Source: Amoebidium appalachense (Eukaryota > Protista > Ichthyosporea). From it: a stretch of 64,000 nt of DNA. Shown here in pieces: positions 19,836 through 45,300 of this stretch (within the stretch, counting starts at the first letter, position 1; every line of letters begins with the position of its first letter). The notes under the pieces were generated by a model. It was not told where the DNA came from, ran no database searches, and saw only the letters and a program-made list of their open reading frames with translations. The DNA is taken from assembly GCA_963693365.1 (NCBI GenBank), contig CAVNZM010000003.1, forward strand, positions 5,584,499 through 5,648,498, read 5' to 3'. A program made the position numbers and the translations under genes.

Positions 19836-20322
19836 CAGGGCCTCCTATGAGGCTTCCGGCGGTCGACCGCCGGATAAAATCCCAGCGCCGGATTGTTTTG
19901 ATTGGTCTAGCATTTTATCCAGCGGCCCTGTGATTGGTCAAGCCGGAACCCTTGGCCGCGAAGCAAATACGCCAAGCACAGCCTAGGGTGACAGTAAACA
20001 ACTCAGCACACGAGCGACAAACCACAACAAAAAACAAAAATGAACCCGTCTCAACCTGTTACCTTACTTGACGGTACCCATATCGACATTTCACGCGCAA
20101 GTGTTTAGGGTTGTTCCAAACATGAGTTCAAAGGATGCGAGTAACCCTGTCAGTGACGATGCTTCAAACAAACGCACACAATCCGAAAACATAGAATTAG
20201 ACCCTAAAGCTGCGGAAGACGATGGTGAAGATGTGAGTGAACAGAAGAAAAAACGTATTCGAACCAAATGGAATTGTGCAGGGCGGGTGTTGTGTCGGGA
20301 AGTGAGGGGAAGGGGGTGGGCC

Positions 20323-20721
20323 CTACGGACTTGCGACCGGCAAAGTCACAGAGTTCTGGGAGGGTGTGGGGTAGCTCAGGCGACATAGGGCGACGCACAG
20401 CATTTCGAATCCCTTCACCTTGTACCTACGCCCACGTTCGTATGGTATAGTGAACTCATCCGCCATGTTCAACTCCACAAACAGAGTTTCGAGCTGTGTG
20501 CGTGTCATGCGAAAATCACGTACTATTTGATGGGGTGTGAGCTTGGATATGTCAAAGCGTTCCTGTGATGTGATGGGCCGCTCAACAATTCTCATGTTTG
20601 CTAACTGCCATGCACAAAGGTACTCTTCGGCTCCATCTTCGCTGTCCAACTCGTACGCAACAAGCAACCAAAACAAGTTTTCCTCTTGCCGCCTGCTAAC
20701 TGCAGAGCGGCTGTTTGGCAT
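20323..20721 (-). pseudogene. Truncated PIF/Harbinger/ISL2EU-like (DDE_Tnp_4 family) transposase N-terminus
   Basis: DFRMTRTQLETL...FEMLCVALCRLSYP is the pre-HTH signature of this family; the DDE core is absent. Confidence 0.7.
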
Positions 20722-21157
20722 GTTAAAAACCTAGTCAGGTAGATGGCGGGCCTTGTTAAGTACGATGTGTTTCACCAACAGGTTCTATTCACGGTTCAAA
20801 CATAACGAAACTAGGCGTCCTCGGTTCTGTGTGCCTGTGTACCATGACCACGTGGAAGCATGACAAGGCCAAACTAACACGAAGAAAATCGCAGTCTCGG
20901 AGCAACAAGTATGCGTTTTGTGGGGGGGAAAAAAAACACTCGAACCATGCTTTTGGCTGTTTCCCGCCAATTCTTATTATTATGCGCAAACTTAGACCAA
21001 TCATAGCCCTTATTGTTTTAAACCATCTTACGGCTCTGGCTATCGGAGAATCAATCCGGCACTGCTGTAAAATGATTTTGCCGCTATCGCAATGCCATAG
21101 CCGGATCAATCCGGCTATCGCTATCGCTATCGCTATCGCCGAACTGTAAAAACACTC

Positions 21158-21642
21158 TCGCTATTCACTTCGTCATCTGACACGTCCAACAGAAACAATC
21201 TGAAATCTGGATCTCCCGTATCTTTCGCAACATAGGCGATCATCTGCTCAAATGTTTGCCCAACCGTCTGTCTCATTCAATCGCTTGGCACTTGTGCGCA
21301 TTGAAATATTTTCATCATCCTCTGGCGGATTAATATAACTCTTCAACTCTTTCTTCAGAGTACTAACACCTTTCCTGCCACCAGGGATCCGAATTTTCCA
21401 CAAAGCCTGAACATGCAAATTACCCGCACTTTTCCCCCGCTCCAAAGTGTGTAAACCCCAACGCAGTAGCTCCCTTCACAGCAAATTGCCTCGCAAAATT
21501 ACACATGATCATACCACACTGCGGGCACATTCCCACCCGCATTGGTTATGTTAAGGCTTATGCTCGCAACTGCATATTCACTAATACCACAAGGAGGCTG
21601 TACAACTTTCTTCTGCTTTGCTCTGCTTCGCTTCGGCGGCAT
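21158..21642 (-). pseudogene. Replitron-type HUH endonuclease, frameshifted
   Basis: Across three frameshifts: MPPKRSRAKQKK (NLS), SISLNITNAGGNV (motif 1), LERGKSAGNLHVQAL (motif 2), GQTFEQMIAYVAKDTGDPDF (motif 3, YxxK). Confidence 0.72.
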
Positions 21643-22429
21643 TGTAAAAACTGAGCGTCAAATATCGTGTTGATGCATTATATACTACCCCCAGATCTAC
21701 CATTAAATATATACCCGCCAAAAGAATTGAATGGTTTTCATCCAATCATACAACTTTAAACCACTACCCAATGGTATCGCTCGCTTGTGCAAGTTAGAGG
21801 TGTAATTAACGCTCATTAGCTAACTTTCACAACCGGGCCCTCCGACTGGTTCACTATCACGGCTCACGAGGCCACTTCTGCAACTTCCACGACCGAAGAA
21901 TCTGATTGGTCCCCTGCTAACGAAGTCATTAACCCAACTTTCACAACCGTCAATTCGTCAATTAAATCTCCCCAGACCAACATTTCACTAACCACCTTAC
22001 GTAAGGCTTACGTAAGCCCCTACGCAAGCCTCCCCCCAAACCTCTATATCGTGGTCTGGCCCCCCCCCGACCCCACCGCCTCACGTAACCCCGGCCCCGG
22101 GCCAGCCAACCAAAAGGTCCAGTTGTGCAAAACAGCCGAGTTGGCCGCCCCCCCCCTACGGCGGGCGCCCCCTACGGGTACGGTAAGTATCACGGCCATC
22201 TACAAAAAGAAACACCGGTGTTTCTAGATGGTCGTGGAAAGTATGTATGTAAGGTATGTTATAGGCCGCAGGGACTGCGCATGCCAGGGAGACAGTGTAA
22301 TTACAACATTAAGAAAAAACGCGGCTTATGGCTGGGCCAATCAAGGCGAAGCGATTGCTTTTTTGTTCGACTGACGTCATCGAGGTGCGAGCAAACTGTT
22401 TCGGAGCGTAAAAAAACTTTGTCAGGATA

Positions 22430-22830
22430 TCGATGAGACCCCCCAAATGCGAGCGAAGCGAGCCAGGTGCATAACACTGGTGGCGGACCGGGCCACTGGT
22501 GATGGGACTGCGGTTCGCGGCGCTGATCCTTCAAGGGCCCCGGATTGGCAAGGGCCGTCCTCTGTATTATAATCCCCCCCCGCAAAATGCGAGTGAAGCG
22601 AGCCTACCGTAAAAAAAATTACGAACTTGCCCCCTAAAATGCGAGCGAAGCGAGCCTACACGTAAAAAGATAGTCAGGATATCGATGCCCCCCAAAATGC
22701 GAGCGAAGCGAGCCAACATGTACATGTATAAAATAGCAAACGGCCTAGCGGGCCCCCCGGGTCGGGCCGGCTGCACGTGGCCCGTTGCGGGCGAAGCGAG
22801 CCTAGCAAGACTGCGGCCCGCTGCGATAGC
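22430..22830. repeat. Dispersed GCGAGCGAAGCGAGCC motif cluster with a GC-rich end, probable transposon subterminus
   Basis: aaatgcgag(c/t)gaagcgagcc at about 22445, 22585, 22637 and 22695, partial at about 22790; gtcaggatatcgatg twice. Confidence 0.7.
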
Positions 22831-23244
22831 TATTCTACTCTATTTGTGAATTTTATCGTTAGCCAATCGGAAGTACCTTGCCCGTTTGCGCTATCATTCT
22901 GAGCAGAAAAATCTGGATCCTCTGCAGTTTTGTTTTGTTTTTCACGGAACATATCAAAGAGCACCATGGCAATGCAATATGTAGCAGCCTTGAATATTGA
23001 ATGGTAATGTTGAGGACACACGTACGCTGTGACACAAAATAAAGACTGAATAGATCATACAAACAGAATTCTAGTGTAACCCAAAAAACCACTCGTGGAG
23101 AGAATCAATCATTCAGCAAACTTTCAACCAAAAACAAAGTTGCATACGGTTTCTTTGTTTCCCCACTACTCTCTCACTGACTAAGAGAACAAATCACTGT
23201 CATAGTATAGCTAATTCACGGGCGTCTGCCTTTGGTCGTTCAAA

Positions 23245-28849
<5,605 letters not shown>

Positions 28850-29640
28850 TCATGAACCGATTTGTGTGCTTGATTTTGAATTGCGGGTTTGAATTTACCG
28901 GTTTTCATGTATGTGGTCGGGGGTAATATTCCTCTTATGTAAACATGTAAGTTGAAAGGATTTAAGTTTTCAACATCTAGAAGTGATAGACTTGCGCCCG
29001 AGTCTGCAAACAGACCTCAGGCTTGGAGTTTTTGGTATGCATATTTACATGCAATTTATTCTTGGACGAGGGTGTATTTAGCTGTGTACGCGCACATGGG
29101 GTGTTTATACAGTTTGTGCAATGCATAACCCTTGACGTTTATGGTAGAAAGTTTTTTAAATGGCCCATTCAGGAGTCGAGATTAAACTTACACTTTTAAA
29201 TATAGCTTCTCACTGATACATATCACGTAGGAACTGTACGATCGTAGGAATGATTGGTTCAGGTTTTGGGTTTTATATCAACACAGTGGGTGATCATGTA
29301 GGCAAGAGTTAACGTTTAGATCTCTCTTTAAAATGCTACTATTAGAAAACAATAAAATAAGTGCTAATTTCTGCGGAACGAAGCAAAGTGCACGTGGGAG
29401 CGTTTCAAGTACACGTACATGTCTCAGTGACCGAGAGCCTCCCTCCCCCCCTCCCCCCCCCCCCCCCCCCAACCACCACCACCACACACACACACACACA
29501 CACATGCACACACACACACATGCACACACACATGCACATGCACATGCACACACGCGCGTACACGCGCACACGCACACTCACACTCACACCCACACCCACT
29601 CCCACACCCCTACCCACACACGCACACGCACACACACATG

Positions 29641-29681
<41 letters not shown>

Positions 29682-30171
29682 CACCAACAAAAACACAACT
29701 CCATTATACGATTCACCGCAACAACCCCCATCACCAGACGCACTGTGGCTCATTATTTCTCCCCAAAACACACATGTCATGCAAGTGCCCCCCTGCTCCT
29801 TCCCTCCAAAAACACACACGCACACACAAAATCATTCTGTTACCTATGCCGCGCATGGGCACGGTTGTGGAAACGTGGGTGACACGGTGTGCATGTGTGT
29901 GCCCGTGTATCTGTGTGTGCGTGTGTGTGCGCGGAACCGAAGGTCCGGGGGGGGGGGGGGGGGGGGGGGGAGAAGGGAGGGGGGGCTGGCTGGTTCAGAT
30001 ATTCTGCCTACAGCATTTTATATTTTGGTAAATGTTTGCCGTTTTTTCCTTAAGTTGTGTTTGACAACGGTTGTGTCTGACTTCGTTTCCCTCTTTCTTT
30101 AATTTCGTGGTTTCCTTCTATCTATTATATTATATTGCTTCATTCAATTTTTCTGGCTTCGCGATCGGGCT

Positions 30172-30207
<36 letters not shown>

Positions 30208-30852
30208 TTGGTTCAAGATTTGCAACAACCCTTCGGTCCACACATGCACCGAGTATATTTGCTGGATGTATACAAAAGGAACCACAACCTTGATTTTCAC
30301 AAAGCATCACCTAATACAACCTGACCACTATAATTATGCTTCGCATCAAAGACAAAGCTACATGCATTTGCCTTCCAAGCCCATGCGTGCGCATACCTAT
30401 CTAATGATGATGGTAATCATTGATACATTCTTGCAATGTGTGGAATGTAGTCTGGAATGTAGCGTAAACCACAAATAAACAGCTTTATAGCCATAACAAA
30501 TTCACAATCCCAACTCTATCTTAATAAACGTTATATAAAACAAGCATATCCTATTCATGTAACTTCATGCCATATTCCTACTTTTTTTAATGTTTTATAA
30601 TAAAAAAATTATACATGTTTTGAAGGTTTACCCATACAACACATACGATAGTCATTCGGGTACATTCCACATCCAGCTACGCACATGTGGAATCCGTTGG
30701 AATGTATTTTCAAACAACAGATGTTCAGGTTCAGCCCAACAACACTCACACTACAATTAAAAATACAAAAAAAAAATAATAATAGTAATAATAATATTGA
30801 AAATACACGTACATGTGGGACTTGTCTCAGAGTAATCCCAAGATCATCATCC

Positions 30853-30900
<48 letters not shown>

Positions 30901-31780
30901 ACCCCACACACACACACATACACACACCCACCCATGCACCGACCCACCTATCCGGCATGCACTGCACCACTCATGATGATACAGGTACCAAAAAAAAAAA
31001 AAAAAAAAAAAAAGAAAAAAGAAAAGAAAAGAAGAATTCACTCACAACATATTCAATATCCCCCTCCCCTTCCACCCCCCCCCCCCCCCCCCCCCCCTCC
31101 CCCCCCCCCTTTGTTTTTAACACAGTCTCCCACCCGCTGTTGTACCCGTTCTTTGTAGGGGCATCACCTCCACCAGGGAGCATCGATGTCACACCCCGGG
31201 CAAAAAATTATCTTTGGAAAGCGGTGTGGGTTGATAAGCATAAGGAAGCTCTCTGCCCGTGTGCACCTCACAGCGTGTTCAGCCTCTCTGTAACAGTGTT
31301 TCCAGCTTACGTGTTGCTTTGTGTTTTGTGTTTTGTGGGTAAGACCCAATGCTGTACCCGCTATGTATACGTAGTCCAAGATTCCTCTAAAGCCGACAAT
31401 CACACAGTCGATGGTTTGTTAGAGCCTATGTACGACGTGTGGGGGTTGGCACAGGCACTGCAACGTCCGGCCTTCCAGTTTATTTGAATGGTGTGATCAT
31501 TCTCACTATCGGAAGATAGAAATCTTAGTGTTCTTTGACTTGCTAAGCAAACATAAGGTGGCACACAACACGACTCGTCATTCTTGGTTGACATATGTTG
31601 ACTTGTGAATCTGTGGATCATCGGTACGTGCCCAGTGTTTGTTCCGTTTGACACTGTAAATTATGCAAATTCATCTGTACAGATGCACATGGCATGGTTG
31701 TGCGTAGGTGTAAAAAGTTTGCGAACAATTCCGATGTATATGCAACACCCCCCCCCTGCCCCCCCTCCCCCCACCCCCAT

Positions 31781-31922
<142 letters not shown>

Positions 31923-31987
31923 AGAGAGGAGAGAGAGAGAGAGGGCCACCCACACACCCACACCCACACCCACACCGCCCTCATCTC

Positions 31988-38150
<6,163 letters not shown>

Positions 38151-38222
38151 GGTGATGGGTCTGCTGCCTGTGGCTGGAAACGTGGGTGACGGTGAGAAAG
38201 GTGTTTTTTTTTTTTTTTTTTT

Positions 38223-38253
<31 letters not shown>

Positions 38254-38530
38254 GGGTTGGGTTGGGGAGGGGGATATAAATTTGACGAGACATGGCGGAA
38301 ACCACGTATAGAGCAGGCGATGTGGGGTTGCTGATGAGAGAAAGCGGAGTCAGGGGAGCAAAAGGGGAGAAGCACGGGGGATTGGGCAAGGTCTGGGGGG
38401 GGGGGGGGGGGGGGGGGGGATAGGAGTCTGCGCGATCTACACACACACACAGAGAGAGAGGTAGAGGGAGCCTCAAATAAATACAGGTTGTGCAGGATCC
38501 CTAACATGGCTCTCTCATGAATGCTTTTTG

Positions 38531-38562
<32 letters not shown>

Positions 38563-38565
38563 GGT

Positions 38566-38597
<32 letters not shown>

Positions 38598-38725
38598 GGG
38601 GGATATGGTGGGAATATTTCAGTGAGACACGAGTGAAGCTGGATATTCAGGTGGTGGGGTGTGTTAGTGTGTGTGCGTTGTGGCGCCCGAAGCGGAGGGG
38701 GAGGTGGGGAGGGGGTGGGGTGGAG

Positions 38726-38772
<47 letters not shown>

Positions 38773-39342
38773 ATCTTGATAGGCATGCCACTTCAGATCC
38801 CTTGTGTTTATGTCCAGTAAAGCAAAGATTAAGAAAACTCAAGGAATACCCAAAGAGTGCTGTTGAGTCATGGCAGGACGGCGCAAAAACGTGTTACCAG
38901 GTGTGCCTAGATACGAGCTCCGCATGTGTGGGGTGGTGGATGATGGGAGTGGTGGTGTGGTCGTGGGGAGGGGGGGGCTGGGGGGGAGGGGCGGGAGAGG
39001 GGGGGGAGGTAAGGTCAGCAGAAAGAGGTTGGAGGAAGGGGAGGGGCCGCGAGGGGGGAGGGGGGGTGGGGAAGGGAGGTACTTGAGGAGACACGGGCGG
39101 CGTGGTAGGGGGGGAGGCGGCCTTGGATGCGAGAGTGTGTGTGGGAGGGGAGGCAAGGGGGGTGGAGTGGGTGGTTGGGGAGGGGGGGGAGGGGGCGGGG
39201 GGGGGGGGGATGAGGGGAGGGGGGGGGGGGGGGAAGGCGAGGGGGGTTAGGGGGGGGGGGGGGGGGGGGGGGAGGGGGGGGGAGGGGATTCGGCGGAAGC
39301 GGACACGCGGGCAGTGTGTTGGGGTGGACGCAGGTGTGTGTG

Positions 39343-39403
<61 letters not shown>

Positions 39404-40581
39404 TGCGTCCGTGAGTGCGTGTATGCGTGTGCGTGTGGTGTTTATCTGTGTGTGTGTGTGTGCGTGTGTGTGTGCGTGCGTGTGCCCGTGCGTGTGTGTG
39501 TTCAGGGGGGGGGGTGGCGGGGGGGGGAGGGGGGGGGGGAGGGGGGATCTTACCTTCACAAGTGCTGTCTCCTGGATAACAGTGGGTGGCGAGTGCACGG
39601 CAAGCAAGCAGACGGGTAGAGAGGGGCAAGGCAACGCACAGGTTGCGCGTGAGGCGAAACATGGGAGGGGATGACCATACACACAGTGTCACAACAAGGG
39701 GCGAGTGGGTATGGTTCGAGTCCCTCCCTTTGCCGTGCCGCACCGCACAAACCATTTGCTCTTGTTTACTTTTCGCACCAAGAATGTGTAGCAAATCATT
39801 GCAACTGTAAAGTTGCTATATTTAGTAACTCAAGAACACCTAAAATGGTAGAATGAGAATCAAAATGGAGCTGTTATAACAAAGCCCATTTGCCTGCAGC
39901 TAAGAAAGCTGATTGGTTTGTGAGCAGCAACACTGCCCAGTGCCAACAAGATGTCAGTAACACCCTTATCGACGTCTTAGAAAGCAGGTCATGCAAATAT
40001 ATAACAATATTTAAAATTGTGACATGACTGGAAAGTGAACACAAGTATCAGGCTGCATATAAGCGAGAAGTACTGAACCAGTGAACAGCCTAAACTTTGG
40101 CCACAGCAGCTGCAGGGTTACAAACCAGTGGAATGTGTGTGCATACCTAAGTAGATCATGAGTCACGGACGATGCGTGAAGCCCCCCCGCGGCCGCCCGG
40201 TGGCCGGCTTCCTTTGTTTATATCCATGTACCATTAGACGGAAAATCTCATCTTTCTATCAGATACAAGCACAAATTATCCAGTTATTTCACTAAAACCC
40301 ACACACTACGATTCAAACGACATGGGTGATGATGGGTGTGTCGTGTACCCCGGCGTATATGCAAAATAGAGCGAGGGTTATGATTGGCTCTAAGGACGTT
40401 GGGGAATTTTCTGAACGTGACCGAAGATCCTATTGGCTAGTGTGTTTTACGTGCGAGTAAATAAAAAGCAGCAGATGGCTCATTTGCACAACAACAACAC
40501 GGCGGTTTACTTGCAAAGCAGGTCGCATTATCAATCCAGTGTACATCAACACACACCCATTTCAGTGTTTCCCATTTCAAA

Positions 40582-41334
40582 ATGGCCAGCTCACGCACAC
40601 TCGCAGCCATTCTGCTCTCAGCGACTGCCCTCTTTTCAGGGTCCGCAGTCGCCTCTCCCACCCGCACACAGCGCAGCACAAAAGCCACCGTTCCCTCCTT
40701 CGACGGGTTTGTGCGGTGTGACACGGTCATGAGCTGCGGGTGGGGCTACTACACAGACTCATGGGACGGCGGTGTTGCGCGCTGCAACCCCAAAGAGAAA
40801 GACCTCGAGGACGGGTTTGCTGCGTGCTGGTACGTGCAGTGCTGCCTGCAGCCGGCAGACATGCGCTGCAACGACCCGGTGCTCAACATCACATGCCCGG
40901 CCGGCGAGGAACTGACCCGGGACAAGAAGGGCATGTCGCAAGAGACCGATTGGGAGTCGGCAGACGCCGACCGTGGGTGCTGCATCAACAAGACAATGAA
41001 CGGGCCCCTGGTGACGCCCAAAACAACAAACTTCACAAAGTGCAGCGAGTCAAAGTCACTCAACCAGACCGGGGGTTGCCCCTTCGGTTTCAAGCCCAAC
41101 CCGTTCGACCCGGCTGGAAGCGAGCAGGTGTGTGACCCGAAGGCCAAGAAGGGGTCGAAGAATGCATGCACGTCCAAGAGGTGCTGCATGATGCCGGAAT
41201 GGGTGCATTGCAACGACGAGAGGCTGGGGGTCAAGTGTGATGGCGACTACAAGAGGGACGACACGGGCAGGGTGGAGACCTGCCGCACAGGCATTGATAA
41301 GTGCGATAAGAAGTTCTGCTGTGCAAGCAGCTAG
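40582..41334 (+). CDS. Secreted cysteine-rich protein, copy A, intronless
   Basis: N-terminal signal peptide; four repeats each ending in CC. Confidence 0.88.
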   Translation: MASSRTLAAILLSATALFSGSAVASPTRTQRSTKATVPSFDGFVRCDTVMSCGWGYYTDSWDGGVARCNPKEKDLEDGFAACWYVQCCLQPADMRCNDPVLNITCPAGEELTRDKKGMSQETDWESADADRGCCINKTMNGPLVTPKTTNFTKCSESKSLNQTGGCPFGFKPNPFDPAGSEQVCDPKAKKGSKNACTSKRCCMMPEWVHCNDERLGVKCDGDYKRDDTGRVETCRTGIDKCDKKFCCASS

Positions 41335-42150
41335 ATTTGAGGCCTTCCCTGTGAAGTTTGACTTAATGCAATAATTCTAACGATTTTCTCAAAGATTTTA
41401 CCTGTGCCTATCCGCTGCGGCCTGGATGCTCGAGCGGGATGTGAATTAAGTATGGTGTAAGCTCAGTGAGCTGAATAAAGAACACCTGCCACAAACAAAT
41501 GCATTTCACGGCCTTGTATCAGGAAGAACAAAAACACCTTTGGGACTCCTAGGAGCCACAAGACCTCATCAATTATATTGGATGTTTTCCCTCCCTCTCA
41601 ATGGTGCTCACGGGGGCCAAGGAGCCGTGCATGCACGCCACACGCAAATGAATGCAGCCGTGCATTTCATTTAAATACAATAAAGTTAAAAACAATGGCC
41701 ATGCTGGTTTAAAGACCAATACTTCGCACATCACGTGAATTTGCATTCACCTTCCACAACGAATCGTTTGAGGCTACGAAAACTTGGGGGGAGGGAGGGG
41801 CTCGTGGAATGGAGCTTTGGGGTGGGGGAGAGGGGGAAGGGACCGGGGGGGGGGAGGGGGGAGGGGGGGGAGGCAAAAGCCCCACGGACCCTCCCTTTCC
41901 CCACCCTACACCTCAAGACTATTGCACATCTACATATGATAACAGATATAGATCTGGGGTTTACGCTGTTTACTCGAGGCAAAGAGAACCAGTCTCAGGT
42001 ATGGGGGGGGGGGTTTTGCTCGGAATATCCCCTCAGCGGTATATCATGATCACGTACATAGATGTCGGGTGGTGACTATATATCAGGGTTTACTTTCTCT
42101 ACGAGACACCATAAAGACTACAAGGAGAAATCAATTAGTTGGGGTTCCCC

Positions 42151-42199
<49 letters not shown>

Positions 42200-42231
42200 G
42201 GGCTCCCCTCGGGACACTCGGTATCAGCTGG

Positions 42232-42308
<77 letters not shown>

Positions 42309-42312
42309 TGCG

Positions 42313-45300
42313 CTATAATTTTGTAGTGATGTGTTTCTCAAGCCAATCAATACATCTAATAAACAGGTCGTAGTTACGCGTGTTTAGTATAAAATCAAGG
42401 ATGTTGTAATTTACAGGTAGGCTATCTTTCTGGGTGTCTGTTGTGAATGTGACGTGTGTGTGTTGCGGTATTATGTGGTCTATCAAACTACATTTGGCGA
42501 TACATGACCGGTTAAACTGGTGTGTGTGTGTGTTGTTTGGGCATGCAAATGATGCCACCTTATACTTATTAGATCTCCACTGTATAGCACGTGTACAGTA
42601 AAAGCGTGGTAATTGATCAATAATACCATCAGCTAGAGAAAGACCAGTTCTACAGGAAGGTAATATGTATTTAGGTGTTATACACTTGCGAGTGCCATAT
42701 TTGGCAATATGGTTGAGGCGGTCAGTATATATAAAACGAGACATAAGGCTTAGTTTTTCAAGGTGTATGCTTTCATCGGGTCTAGTGTCGTTTGGTATCT
42801 TTTTCCATTTGTTATATTGCGTGATTATCTTGTGATTGTGTACATGTTTAATAAGTAAGTGGCAGTCCAAAGTCACACACACACTATTGCGGGGTTTATT
42901 TGTATTTGTGCCCAGGGGAGAAGGGGAGAGAGAGGGGAGGAAAGAGGGGAGAGGTGAGGAGGGGACAGGTCGGATAGAGAAGAGAGGGTGGGAGGGCAAA
43001 TACTTCTTTAAGCGGCTTATGTGCTTATTGAATTTCAGCGCGAGATAGGATACTCTAGCAGCTATTGGGACCAGACCATATATCGAGAGCGTTACAGGCC
43101 CAGGTTTACAACAGTTGTTAGATAGAAAGGAGGCAACTTCTGCTTCAAGGAAATTTGCCAAGGGTTTAAGCGCTCTAGTTCTCTCTTTCTTGATCCAAGC
43201 GGCGAGAAGGGGTAAACCATATTCACATGCCGGGAAGACAAAAGTGCGAATAAATGTAAGTCTAATAGAAGGATGGAGGGGTGTGTCTTTAAAAATATTA
43301 GCCGAGAAGAAAGCTAACCGCTTACGAGCCAACTCTACCCTCTTTTCGACCATATGGGGAAACATAACACCAACAGAATCAACCGGAACACCAAGATATT
43401 TGTATTCTGGAACTATAGGTACAGGTTTAGATGATAATGTAAATGTGTGTAAATTGTTAGCTATATCAGGTACAAGAACACCACATTTGTCTATGTTAAG
43501 GATCATAAGGTTTGCCTTGCACCACTCTGACACTACATCGAACAATCTTTGCAGGCGTCTAGGGGTACGGGCAAGGAGGGACAGATCATCAGCATAGAGA
43601 AGTGCAGGCGGAAAGTTATTAATAGGGTCATCGTTTTCGGCGTAAATCTTGACAGCCAAATCATCTATAAATAGGTTAAACAAAAAGGGGCTAAGCAATG
43701 AGCCCTGCAAGAGACCTCTAGTACGAGCAAAACCATATGAAAGATGCCCATTAACCACAGCTCTACCATAGGTTTGAGACAAGAGTGCTTCTAACAGAAC
43801 ACCAATGCAGTGTGGTACACCCCGTGCAGCAAGCTTTTCCCATAGGAGACCAGGGGAGACAGAATCGTAAGCAGTTTTCCAATCAATAAAGCCAACATAT
43901 TGTGCACCAACTTGCATAGAATCGTGCAGTGCCATTATTTGAACATAACATGAATTGTTTTTACGAAAAGCGGATTGGCATGGGTGTATGTGAAGAATAG
44001 ATTGAAACCTAGGGTGATGTGCAAATAACCTAAGTAAGCAAGCTTCAAAGAATCTACGAACAACCTGGGTTAGTGTAATGGGGCGAAAGGATGATATGGG
44101 GCCCTCAGAGTCCTTCTTAACTATGGGGATCACTAAGGTATCTAACCAAGATGACGGGACATGTCCACATTTAACACACCAAGAAAAGAGAGAGCTTAAC
44201 ATGATAGTAAGATCAGGTTTAATAGCACGATCACTTTCCTTTTGTGGGTAGGAGGGAACAAGGATTTTAAGAAACCCAGCAGGGAGTCCATCAGGTCCAC
44301 AAGACTTACTAGAGCTATAACTAGATATCACAGACCATATGGCATCGGGACTGAAAAAGGGGAGGATCGATTCTATGGGGATAGATGGGTCTACAGGCCA
44401 CACAATAGGTTTCTGAGCGGGGGTCCTATCTTTAAACAGTTCCGAGAAATACTTATCAGAGTCTATGAGGGGGTCTCCAGTGGTATCACCAATAATACGA
44501 GCAGGGGGGCCAAATCGATTCATACTAGCAAGCCGGCGCAAGCTTTCCTTTTGAGACAGGGGTTCACCTAGTCTAGCGGGAGTGGTGTTTGGTAACAAGA
44601 GAGCATCGGGATATTCCTTCCTACCACCGCCAGCATAATCACCGAGATCTATCAAATCATCAACAATAAAGTTAGTGCATGTATCTAGTACGAGATGTGA
44701 ATCTGGCCTGGCTTGTGCAGATTCTAATAGGCGCATATATATAGGGTGTTTCGTAGCATAGCATACACATACATCAACTCTACCCCACTGTGACTTAAGC
44801 TGGGATAGACGGAGGCGAAAGGTGGGAGGGGGAGGGGGGAGCAGATCAAGGGAGATCTTAGGTAGGAAAAGGATAGGAGAGTGGTCAGATGACCTAGAGA
44901 GGTTAGGAGGGAGAGAGAGTTTTGACATGGTTGATGGCCAAAAGGCCACTCCCCAGTCGGTGTTGTGGGCATGGGATATTTGAGGGAACCGCAAAGTGTG
45001 ACTTTGGACATACCTTGCTAAAGGGATAGCACGCTCCGGGGGCTTAGATGGGTACCCGACACTCACTTGCAGTGTGTCTGTGTGGTGGAGTCGCGTGTTA
45101 AAATCACCTAAAATAACAGTGGACATTGGTAACTGTGACAACTCGTGAGTCAATTCGACAACCGACATAGATGGTGGGTAATATACAAAAGTAAAAACAT
45201 TAGAAAGAAACTCTATAGAAACCGAGAATTCCGTTTTTGCTACCGGTTTGCACTTCACTCTCACGTGTGGTGCGGCAAGTACAATAATGCCTCGGTTTTT

